From: Vicinamibacterales bacterium
GTDB taxonomy: Bacteria; Acidobacteriota; Vicinamibacteria; Vicinamibacterales; UBA2999
DNA: 28,765 nt
Direction of reading: 5' to 3'
NCBI GenBank assembly: GCA_036380235.1
Contig: DASVFC010000056.1
Span: forward strand, 1 to 28,765
The notes beneath the pieces were generated by a model. The model was not told the origin of the DNA and did no database searches. It saw only the letters and a program-made list of their open reading frames with translations. The position numbers were made by a program, and so were the translations under genes. Shown piece by piece: positions 1-10,808 of the stretch. Every line of letters starts with the position of its first letter. Position 1 is the stretch's first letter.

Positions 1-714
1 AGCCAGCACCGCATCGAGCACCATGCCGCCGACGTTTTCGAAATGCCCGTCAACGCCATCCGGCGTCTCGGCCTTGAGGGCCTGATACAGCGACTTGGCA
101 TCGCCGTGTTGCTTGTAATCGATGCAGGCATCAAACCCGAGCTCGCGCACGACGTACGCGCACTTCTCTGGACCGCCGGCGAACCCGACTGCCCGGCAGC
201 CTCGCGACTTCGCCAGCTGTCCCACCACGCTGCCAACGGCGCCACTCGCCGCGCTGACGGTGATGGTCTGGCCGGCTTTGCTTTCGATGATCTGCGTCAG
301 ACCATACCAGGCCGTCACGCCCGGCATGCCGACGGCGCCAAGATAAGCGGTCACCGGCACGCGCGAGGTGTCGACCTTGCGCACGGCGCCGCGGGCGTTG
401 CCGTCGACGATGCTGTATTGCTGCCAGCCGCCCATGCCCACAACGCGATCGCCAATCGCAAACAGCGGGTGCTTCGAAGCAATCACCTCGCCAACGGTGC
501 CGCCGATCATCACTTCGTTCAGCTTTTGCGGCGCCGCGTAACTTTTCGCATCGTTCATGCGGCCGCGCATGTAGGGATCGAGCGACAGGTAGTGATGTCG
601 CACCAGCACCTGGCCATCACCGATGTCGGGGACCGGCACCTCGATCATTCTGAAGTTTGCTGTGGTCGCCTGTCCGGAAGGGCGCGATACGAGATGAATC
701 TGTTTGTTGGTCAT
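1..714 (-). CDS. NADP-dependent oxidoreductase, PTGR/CurA(YncB)-like MDR family (3' end runs off the window)
   Basis: Missing from the ORF track because it has no stop in the window. Manual translation from ATG 714: MTNKQIHLVSRPSG...YLSLDPYMRGRM...YLGAVGMPGVTAWYGL...VSAASGAVGSVVGQLAK...GGPEKC...FENVGG, the typical motifs of this family. The start overlaps the upstream stop (ATGA). Confidence 0.9.
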   Translation of the reverse strand, partial: MTNKQIHLVSRPSGQATTANFRMIEVPVPDIGDGQVLVRHHYLSLDPYMRGRMNDAKSYAAPQKLNEVMIGGTVGEVIASKHPLFAIGDRVVGMGGWQQYSIVDGNARGAVRKVDTSRVPVTAYLGAVGMPGVTAWYGLTQIIESKAGQTITVSAASGAVGSVVGQLAKSRGCRAVGFAGGPEKCAYVVRELGFDACIDYKQHGDAKSLYQALKAETPDGVDGHFENVGGMVLDAVLA

Positions 715-1139
715 GTCGTGGGCACCACGGCCTTGATGAGGGTCGCCTTGATGTCGTCTGGGATCGGCACCGATATGCGGCGGGTAGTGTCGAAGAACAC
801 CTCCACCGTCGTCTGCGTGGCGCAATGCGTCATGGTATCGGCGTCGTACATGCGCATCTCGGAGGTGGCGCTCTTGTGTCCGATGCGGGTGTAGGCGCCG
901 GTGATCAGGACCAGTTGACCCGCGGTCAGCTCATGGCGGAAGTCGATGGTGAGTGAGGCCACCACGCTGCCCAGCCCGCGCCCGCGGAGCTCGGTCAGCG
1001 AGACGCCGGCCTTGCTCATGATGTGAAACCCGGCGTCATCGAAGAATGCGGCGTAGTGCCGCACGTTCATGTGCCCGTAGAGATCGCAATGCGCCGGCAT
1101 CACCACCGACCGATACAACTCAACCCACTGTTCGCCCAT
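711..1139 (-). CDS. Acyl-CoA thioesterase, hotdog fold (4HBT/YbgC/FadM-like), 142 aa
   Basis: C-terminal part of track ORF 711..1682, from ATG 1139 (MGEQW). Motif HCDLYGHMNVRHY matches D-x-x-G-H-x-N-N; also VVASLTIDFRHEL. Confidence 0.85.
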   Translation of the reverse strand: MGEQWVELYRSVVMPAHCDLYGHMNVRHYAAFFDDAGFHIMSKAGVSLTELRGRGLGSVVASLTIDFRHELTAGQLVLITGAYTRIGHKSATSEMRMYDADTMTHCATQTTVEVFFDTTRRISVPIPDDIKATLIKAVVPTT

Positions 1140-1142
1140 TTT

Positions 1143-1164
1143 GCTAAGCCGGCACCAGCTTAGC
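1143..1164. other. Inverted repeat GCTAAGC-N8-GCTTAGC between oxyR and the thioesterase
   Basis: Perfect 7-bp arms at 1143-1149 and 1158-1164, ending 3 nt before the thioesterase ATG on the - strand. No U-tract, so operator vs hairpin is unresolved. Confidence 0.4.
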
Positions 1165-1194
1165 GGAAGACGGCGCCGGTGGAGCAAGCGCGGG

Positions 1195-4395
<3,201 letters not shown>

Positions 4396-4410
4396 CCAGT
4401 ACAATCGGCG

Positions 4411-5598
4411 GTGGACATGAAATCCACCGCCGATGTCGTCATCGCCGGCGGCGGCTGCATGGGTTGCAGCGTCGCCTGGCATCTCGCCCAACGTGGCATC
4501 ACCAACGTGGTGCTGCTCGAGCGCGAACCGCAGCTCGCCACCGGATCCACCGGCAAGAACGCCGGCGGCGTCCGCCACCAGTTCTCACATCCCGCCAACA
4601 TCGAGCTGTCGAAGGAATCGATCGCGATGATCGCCAACTTCGAGTCGGTCGTCGGCACGCCGATCGACTTCCACCAGGACGGCTACCTGTTCTTACTGTC
4701 GCGGTCGGCCAGCGTCGATGCGTTCAAGAAGAACGTGGCGCTGCAGCAGCAGCACGGCATCGACGTGCGCTGGGTCTCGAACGAAGAAGCCCGCGAACTC
4801 TCGCCCGGGCTCGATCTGACCGGCGTCAAAGGCGCCACCTATTGCCCGCAAGATGGCGTCGCCGATCCGAACGGTGTGACGATGGGCTTCGCCAGAGGCG
4901 CGCAAGCGAAGGGCGTGGAAATCGTGCGTGAGTGCGAGGTGACCGGTGCCAGGTTGCAGGGCAACCGCGTCACGCACGTACGGACGTCGAAAGGTGACAT
5001 TGCGACGCCGATCTTGATCAACGCCGCCGGACCATGGGCCAAGTCAATCGGCCGCTTCCTCGGCGTCGACGTCCCCGTCGAGCCCGAACGCCGTCACATC
5101 TTCATCGCTTCGGCGCCGGGCGGCGGCTCATGGGACGATCCGCGCAATGCCGGCAAGGTGGCAAAGTCGAAGATTCTCGTCATCGATTTCGAAAGCACCT
5201 TCTATTTCCATCGCGAAGGCGGCGGGTTGTTGTTCGGCATGGGCGATCCGGACGAGCGCACCGGTTTCGACATCACCGTGCGATGGGACTTCCTGCCGAA
5301 AGTGATCGAGGTCGCGATCCAGCGGCTGCCGGCGCTTGCGGACGCCGCGGTATCGCATGCATGGGCTGGCCTGTACGAGATGACGCCCGATCACAATCCG
5401 ATCATCGGGCCGTCCCTCGACGTCGACGGTTTCTACACCATCGCCGGCTTCAGCGGTCACGGCTTCCAGCACGCGCCGGCCGCCGGCCGCATCCTGGCCG
5501 ACATGATCGCGGGACGCGATCCGAAGTTTGACCTCACGCCCTTCGCGCTCGATCGCTTCGGCAGCCGCGTCGGCGCCGCCGAAGGCAACGTCGTCTAG
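4411..5598 (+). CDS. FAD-dependent oxidoreductase, DAO/sarcosine oxidase beta-subunit-like
   Basis: Dinucleotide fold VVIAGGGCMG, GSTGKNAGGVR, WAGLYEMTPDHNPIIG, GFSGHGFQHAPAAG. Start is GTG 4411 or ATG 4417. Substrate unknown. Confidence 0.88.
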   Translation: MDMKSTADVVIAGGGCMGCSVAWHLAQRGITNVVLLEREPQLATGSTGKNAGGVRHQFSHPANIELSKESIAMIANFESVVGTPIDFHQDGYLFLLSRSASVDAFKKNVALQQQHGIDVRWVSNEEARELSPGLDLTGVKGATYCPQDGVADPNGVTMGFARGAQAKGVEIVRECEVTGARLQGNRVTHVRTSKGDIATPILINAAGPWAKSIGRFLGVDVPVEPERRHIFIASAPGGGSWDDPRNAGKVAKSKILVIDFESTFYFHREGGGLLFGMGDPDERTGFDITVRWDFLPKVIEVAIQRLPALADAAVSHAWAGLYEMTPDHNPIIGPSLDVDGFYTIAGFSGHGFQHAPAAGRILADMIAGRDPKFDLTPFALDRFGSRVGAAEGNVV

Positions 5599-6446
5599 AA
5601 GCCCGGCGGCCGCACGCCCTGCAGCGGCCGCCACTGCGTGCCCTGGCGGGTGGCGGTGCGATCCTTCATGTTGAAGCGATCGCCGGCGCCCATGAAGTAG
5701 AAGCGGCCGTTTGCCCCGGCCACGGGCTTGGTGCTGTAGATCACGACGTAGCTCTTGCCGATCACATCGAACTGATCGCCGCTCACCACGATAGCCGTGT
5801 CTTCGTCGATGCCGATGCCGAGCAGTGACGGATGCTTGTCGATCACCTCGAGCATGTCGAACTGACGGTTGCGGCGCAGCAGGTGTTGATCGATCGCCGA
5901 GTTCTTCAGGAAACCGAAGCCCACGGTGTGATCGCCGATCATCTTCTCGTTGCTCTTGGTGTCGCCGCGGACCATGAACGACGCCAGGATCGAGGCGCCG
6001 GCGGACGAGCCGCCGATCACGCCACCCCGGTTGAGCAGCGCGGCCAGTTCCTTCTGCGTCAAGGTGTCGAGATAGGAATCGGCGAGCCGCCATTGGCGGC
6101 CGCCGGCAAAGAACACGCCGCGGGCTTCGCGAATCGGTTTGACGAACGCTTCCGAGTCGGCGACCGCGCGATCGCGAGTATGCAGCACGGTCAGGTGCCT
6201 CGCACCGTTGTCGCGCCATTGCTTTAGTCCCGACCAGAACTGGTGATACTCATCGTCTGCCTCGCCGGCCGTGGGAATGATCACGATCGGCGCCTCGGTG
6301 CCGCCGGCCAGCTCAATGAACCGCTGCACGATTGCGGGATCCTGCATCGCACCGCCGACGATGACGAGGCTGCCCTTTGCGGGACCATGCACCTGGGCGC
6401 TCAAGGACGCCGTTGACAGCAATAGGAGCAGGACGATTTTTTTCAT
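5595..6446 (-). CDS. Exported cyanophycinase-like serine peptidase (peptidase family S51)
   Basis: Signal peptide MKKIVLLLLLSTASLSA; motifs LVIVGG, IIPTA, GGRQ, nucleophile GSSAGA, DQH and GIDEDTA. An in-frame TTG at 6473 with SD GGGAGG is an alternative start. Confidence 0.85.
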   Translation of the reverse strand: MKKIVLLLLLSTASLSAQVHGPAKGSLVIVGGAMQDPAIVQRFIELAGGTEAPIVIIPTAGEADDEYHQFWSGLKQWRDNGARHLTVLHTRDRAVADSEAFVKPIREARGVFFAGGRQWRLADSYLDTLTQKELAALLNRGGVIGGSSAGASILASFMVRGDTKSNEKMIGDHTVGFGFLKNSAIDQHLLRRNRQFDMLEVIDKHPSLLGIGIDEDTAIVVSGDQFDVIGKSYVVIYSTKPVAGANGRFYFMGAGDRFNMKDRTATRQGTQWRPLQGVRPPGF

Positions 6447-6447
6447 A

Positions 6448-6532
6448 ACACGACAAGTATCATTTCGCGACAAGCATCACCTCCCGACAAGCGTCACATC
6501 GCGACACGCATCACATCGCGACACGCATCACC
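6448..6532. repeat. Tandem array of five 17-bp units, consensus TCGCGACA(A/C)GCATCAC(A/C)
   Basis: Units start at 6465, 6482, 6499 and 6516 (1-3 differences between neighbours), plus a degenerate unit at 6448 (12/17 match). The array fills 85 of the 87 intergenic bp. Confidence 0.93.
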
Positions 6533-6533
6533 G

Positions 6534-7814
6534 TCACTTCCCGTCAGGTTCCATGTAAACCTTGCCGTTTTTCATGACGAGCGTGATGCGTCGGAGGGCT
6601 GTAATGTCGGTGGTAGGATCGCCGGCCACGGCGATCAGATCGGCAAACAGCCCCGGCTTCACGCGGCCGATGCGTTCGGCCTGGCGGAAGTACGTGGCAT
6701 TGCCCGACGTCGCAGCGACCACCGCCGCCGCCGGCGTCATGCCCCACTCGACCATCAGTTCGAGCTCGCGAACGTTATCGCCATGCGCGTAGACGCCGAC
6801 ATCGCCGCCGAAACACATCTTCACGCCGGCGGCGAGCGCGGCCTTGAACGTCTGCCGCTTGCGCGTGATCCGCGCCGGTTCCGGATCGACGCCCTTCTTC
6901 CATCCGGCGTATTGCGACGTCGCATCGCCGGCGGCAATGGTCGGGCAATACGCGACGTTCTTCTCGACCATCAGCTTCCAGATCTCCGGCGTGCCCTCAT
7001 CGCCGTGCTCGATGGTTTCGACGCCGCCCATGATCGCGCGGCGCATGCCTTCCGGCGTTGATGCGTGCGCAACAACCGGGCGGCCGCTGCTGTTGGCGGC
7101 ATCGGTGATGCGCTGAATCTCCTCGAGCGTGAAGCCGGGACGCGCTTCGCCATTCGGACCCCATCGATAGTCGGCGTAGATCTTGATGAAGTCGACGCCG
7201 CGCGCGATCTGGCCGCGCGCGACGCGCACCACGCCTTCCGGACCATCGGCTTCCTCGGCGCCTTGCGGCACCGTGACTTCGGCGGCAAAGCCTTTCGGCG
7301 CATAGCTGCCGGTGACCACCATCGCGGGACCCGCGACCAGCATGCGCGGGCCGGGAATGATGCCTTGCGCGATCGCGTCGCGCAGGCCGACGTCCGCATA
7401 CGCCGCACCCTCGCTGCCGAGATCTCTAACCGTCGTAATGCCGGCCAGCAGCGTATCGCGCGCGTGGTTGACGCCGCGCGCCACGCGCAACGCCAGCGAT
7501 TCGCGCAACACCTGGTCGTTCCAGCTGGTCTCGTTATAGGGATGCAGCAGCAGGTGCGAGTGACCCTCGATCAAACCCGGCATCAACGTCGTTCCCGGAG
7601 GCAGCGTGATGGTTCGCGCGCCGGCGGGCGCGGCCACTGAGGCTGCGGGACCGGCGGCCTCGATATGAGCGCCGCGCACGACGACCGCCCATCCCTGCTG
7701 CATGCGTTCGCCATCGAAGACGCGATCGGCGCGGAGCACCGTGATTGCCTGCTGTTGCGCATGGCCGGCGACGCTGAGCGCAATCGCCAGCACCGGCACG
7801 AGAACCCGTTTCAT
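6534..7814 (-). CDS. Exported metal-dependent amidohydrolase (dipeptidase/prolidase-like subgroup)
   Basis: Signal peptide MKRVLVPVLAIALSVAGHA; metal ligands EGHSHL, DFIKIY, VVAHA, IEHG, GGDVG; C-terminal ADLIAVAGDP. ATG 7823 is an alternative start. Confidence 0.88.
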   Translation of the reverse strand: MKRVLVPVLAIALSVAGHAQQQAITVLRADRVFDGERMQQGWAVVVRGAHIEAAGPAASVAAPAGARTITLPPGTTLMPGLIEGHSHLLLHPYNETSWNDQVLRESLALRVARGVNHARDTLLAGITTVRDLGSEGAAYADVGLRDAIAQGIIPGPRMLVAGPAMVVTGSYAPKGFAAEVTVPQGAEEADGPEGVVRVARGQIARGVDFIKIYADYRWGPNGEARPGFTLEEIQRITDAANSSGRPVVAHASTPEGMRRAIMGGVETIEHGDEGTPEIWKLMVEKNVAYCPTIAAGDATSQYAGWKKGVDPEPARITRKRQTFKAALAAGVKMCFGGDVGVYAHGDNVRELELMVEWGMTPAAAVVAATSGNATYFRQAERIGRVKPGLFADLIAVAGDPTTDITALRRITLVMKNGKVYMEPDGK

Positions 7815-7820
7815 GCGTTG

Positions 7821-7827
7821 CATAATA
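7821..7827. promoter_or_regulatory. Overlapping -10 hexamers on both strands (CATAAT +, TATTAT -)
   Basis: The only AT-rich core in the 26-bp divergent gap. TATTAT is 7 nt before ATG 7814 (-); CATAAT is 14 nt before ATG 7841 (+). Confidence 0.55.
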
Positions 7828-7840
7828 CTGCTGCTGCCCG

Positions 7841-9100
7841 ATGGACGCCGCCGATCTCGCTCCCGTCCCGGAATCCGAGCGCACGCAACCGGCCATCGAC
7901 CTCTTCCTGATCTTCGCCGCGGCCAACATTGTTGCCACCACGCTGCAAACCGGCGCGGTACTCGGCGCACGATACGGCTCAACGGACGTCCTGATGCTCG
8001 TGGTCGGGGGCGCGTGTTTTGGGGCGCTGCTGGTGGCACTGCTGGCGCCGGTCGGATCGCGCAGCGGCGTGCCGTCGATGATCGCCGCGCGGGCGCCGCT
8101 GGGCTTTCGCGGCGCGCAAGTGGTGTCTGGCCTGCTCTACCTCACCAACTTCGCCTGGATCGCCGTCAACAACACCATCGCCGCCTCGGTGTGCGCGCAG
8201 ATGCTTGGTGGTGCTGAAAGCTCTCGTCTCTGGGCCGCAGCCCTTGGCCTACTCGCCACCGCCGTCGTCGCCCGCGGCCCGCGCGCCGTCGGCCGCGCCG
8301 ACCGCATCGCGGTGCCGATCATGATCATCGCCGGCGCATTCCTCACTTACTCAGCCTTCGCACCCCAGAACCAAAACCTGGAACCTTTGGAACCCCCGGA
8401 ACCTTTGGAACCGGTACCGCTGTTGTGGGGATTGGACGTCGTGATCGGCTACCAAGTGTCGTGGCTGTTGATGTTTGCCGACTATTCCCGCTACACACGA
8501 TCGGCGCGCGCATCCGCAACCGCGGTCTTCGCCGGCCTTGCACTTCCGGCGTTATGGTTGATGCCCGTCGGCTGGACCCTCGCCCGTATTGCGGGCAGCG
8601 ATGATCCCGGGACCATGCTCGCCGCAGCGAACGCCGGCTGGTGGACGCCACTCCTTGTCGCGCTCGCTACCGTCTCCACGAACTTCGTGAATATCTACCT
8701 GTCGTCGCTGGCCTGGCGCACGTTGTCGCATCGTTCGACCGGCGCCGGCACCGTCTGGACGATCGGCATCATCGGCACCTTGCTTGGCCTGGTCTCGTCC
8801 GTGTGGCTGACGCGATTTGCGGAGTTGATGATGTGGCTGGGCGCGATCCTGGTGCCGGTGGGTGGTGTGTTCCTCGCCCACTTCGTCGTGATGCGCCAAC
8901 GGGTTAACGTCGACGTGATCTATCGACGGGACAAGCTTCCGGCATTCACGGTTGCCGGCACTCTGGCCTGGGCGCTCGGCTTCATCGTCTACAAAGTCGC
9001 AGCACCCTTCGGCGCCACACTTCCCGCGCTGGCGGCGTCGATGTTGGTGTACATCGCGATCAGAAAACTCCCTTTCGTTTCAACCACGCCGTCGGATTGA
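7841..9100 (+). CDS. NCS1-family (cytosine/purine/CytX-like) permease
   Basis: Multi-pass hydrophobic protein with the NCS1 hallmarks DLAPVPESER, GSRSGVPSMIAARAPLGFRG, WIAVN, SWLLMFADYSRY and TNFVNIYLSSL. Confidence 0.85.
   Translation: MDAADLAPVPESERTQPAIDLFLIFAAANIVATTLQTGAVLGARYGSTDVLMLVVGGACFGALLVALLAPVGSRSGVPSMIAARAPLGFRGAQVVSGLLYLTNFAWIAVNNTIAASVCAQMLGGAESSRLWAAALGLLATAVVARGPRAVGRADRIAVPIMIIAGAFLTYSAFAPQNQNLEPLEPPEPLEPVPLLWGLDVVIGYQVSWLLMFADYSRYTRSARASATAVFAGLALPALWLMPVGWTLARIAGSDDPGTMLAAANAGWWTPLLVALATVSTNFVNIYLSSLAWRTLSHRSTGAGTVWTIGIIGTLLGLVSSVWLTRFAELMMWLGAILVPVGGVFLAHFVVMRQRVNVDVIYRRDKLPAFTVAGTLAWALGFIVYKVAAPFGATLPALAASMLVYIAIRKLPFVSTTPSD
8380..8418 (+). repeat. In-frame 9-bp-period repeat (GGAACC core x4) inside the permease
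   Basis: GGAACC at 8380, 8389, 8398 and 8407, then GGTACC at 8413; encodes LEP-LEP-PEP-LEP-VP. Confidence 0.85.
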
Positions 9101-10145
9101 AGGTCATCAACGCATCGAACCGGTGCTGGATGTTGACCGGGAAATCCGTGCCGAATGCTTCCGTCTGAAAGATCACGAACTGGAGTTCCGGCGTGATCTC
9201 CAGCGTGTGGATGGTGTACTGCCGCGTACCGTCCTCGTAGCGATCGCCGTTGAACGCCTGCCGGGTCGGCGACCCGTAGAACTGATCCACCGACATCACC
9301 CCCGCCGTCAGGCTGTAGCGCTTGTAACGAAAATCGCCCGAGAGGTTGAACCCGTAGCCGTCTTCATCGGTCGTGCGCTGATAGGCTTCGAACTTGACTA
9401 CGGTCAGCAACTTGACCGAAGAGGGCATGCGAAAGTTGATGCCTTCCCGGAAAATGTCGCGCCCGTCTTCATAGGTGTAGTCGACCGAGGCCGCGACGCG
9501 CGGATGCAGTGAGAAGCCGATCAACGCCTGGCCGTAGTTGAACTCGTCCATCCGCTCGAAGCGCTTGAAGACATTGACCTCGTCGTAGTCGCTGCCGCCG
9601 AAGTAGCCGGCAGTCAACGACACCTGGCTGATGCGTTTCTTGGTGGGCCGATAGGTGATGCGCTCGCCGACGAGATAGGCGTCGTTGTCGTAAGTAACGT
9701 GTTCGGCCATCTCGCCGCGGTTGACGTGCAACCCGCCGACCTCGAATTGCAGGCCGCGCACGGGTTCCGCCGACAGGAACAACTGCTTGATATTGAATGG
9801 TCCCTGGTAATCACCATTAGCCGCGCCGGTGTTGTTCCAGCTCGACGGAAATGTGGCGCCGGTTGAGGCGAACGTGCCCAGCGCGTAGCGGCCGGCGCGG
9901 TCAAACAGGAATCGGCCGCGCAACTGCGTTTGCCACTGCAGGTTGCTCGATCGCAGCTCTTCGGCGCTGTTCTTGTACCACCGGAACCGCGAACCAGCGT
10001 GGACCGACTGGACGTCCAGCCATCGCCGGATGGCGGGGGCCGGTGCTTCGGGCGTCGCCGTGGGGGCTGGCGGCTGCGCCAGCGCCGGGACGGCAGCGGT
10101 CAGGGTCACGAGCAGCAACAGCAGCGTCTGTAACATCCTGTCCAT
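9060..10145 (-). CDS. Exported hypothetical protein, probable outer-membrane beta-barrel
   Basis: Signal peptide ending ...AAVPALA-Q, Pro/Ala linker, amphipathic aromatic-rich strands, C-terminal Phe. ATG 10136 is an alternative start. Overlaps the permease 3' end by 41 bp. Confidence 0.6.
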   Translation of the reverse strand: MDRMLQTLLLLLVTLTAAVPALAQPPAPTATPEAPAPAIRRWLDVQSVHAGSRFRWYKNSAEELRSSNLQWQTQLRGRFLFDRAGRYALGTFASTGATFPSSWNNTGAANGDYQGPFNIKQLFLSAEPVRGLQFEVGGLHVNRGEMAEHVTYDNDAYLVGERITYRPTKKRISQVSLTAGYFGGSDYDEVNVFKRFERMDEFNYGQALIGFSLHPRVAASVDYTYEDGRDIFREGINFRMPSSVKLLTVVKFEAYQRTTDEDGYGFNLSGDFRYKRYSLTAGVMSVDQFYGSPTRQAFNGDRYEDGTRQYTIHTLEITPELQFVIFQTEAFGTDFPVNIQHRFDALMTFNPTAWLKRKGVF

Positions 10146-10211
10146 ATAGTGCCTGAATGATAACCGGCGACGGTTACGCCGGTGTTACATTTGCTACAGC
10201 GGCGTAAAACA

Positions 10212-10808
10212 GTGGAGCCCAGACGTTTAATCATCGGCATCACCGGCGCCAGCGGATCGATTTACGGCGTGCGCCTTCTCGAGATGCTCCGCAACACCGA
10301 CATCGAGACGCATCTCGTGATGAGCCGCTGGGGAGCGCGCACGCTGGTACACGAGACGCGCTATACGCCGGAACAGGTGCAGCGGCTCGCGACGGTCACA
10401 CACCCGATGACCGATCAGGGCGCAGCGATCTCGAGCGGCTCCTTTGTGACTATGGGCATGGTGATCGCCCCGTGCAGCGCGCGCACCCTGGCCGCGATTG
10501 CGCACGGGCTTGGCGATCACCTCGTGCATCGCGCCGCCGACGTCGTGCTCAAGGAGCGGCGAAAGCTTGTCCTGGCCGTGCGCGAGGCGCCGTTGCACGA
10601 AATTCATCTCGAGAACATGCTCAAGCTGTCGCGGATGGGCGTGGTGATTGCACCGCCGGTGCCGGCGTTTTACTCGATTCCGTCGACGATTGATGAGATC
10701 GTCAACTACACCGCGGCGCGGTTGCTCGATCAATTCGGCATCCACGTCGACATGGCGCGCTGGCCTGGACTGAACCCGGCGGCGCCGCCGCAGGGCATCC
10801 AGGTATGA
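10212..10808 (+). CDS. ubiX: Flavin prenyltransferase UbiX
   Basis: LIIGITGASGSIYG, SSGSF, IAPCS, RAADVVLKERRKLVL, REAPL, PPVPAFY. Start taken at GTG 10212; the track ORF starts at 10182. Confidence 0.93.
   Translation: MEPRRLIIGITGASGSIYGVRLLEMLRNTDIETHLVMSRWGARTLVHETRYTPEQVQRLATVTHPMTDQGAAISSGSFVTMGMVIAPCSARTLAAIAHGLGDHLVHRAADVVLKERRKLVLAVREAPLHEIHLENMLKLSRMGVVIAPPVPAFYSIPSTIDEIVNYTAARLLDQFGIHVDMARWPGLNPAAPPQGIQV

Noticed and set aside
43-894. 283-aa + strand ORF and other long antisense ORFs (1141..1995, 2308..3504, 3556..4578, 11880..14687, 26126..26743, 27181..27627)
   Set aside because: Shadow frames of well-supported genes on the opposite strand; stop-poor because of GC-rich codon bias; no family motifs.
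6448-6532. 17-bp array as a CRISPR array or plasmid iteron origin
   Set aside because: Units are contiguous with no unique spacers and there are no cas genes; no rep gene, DnaA-box cluster or AT-rich unwinding region nearby.
7815-7840. TPP or purine riboswitch upstream of the NCS1/CytX-like permease
   Set aside because: Only 26 bp are available and no aptamer consensus is visible.
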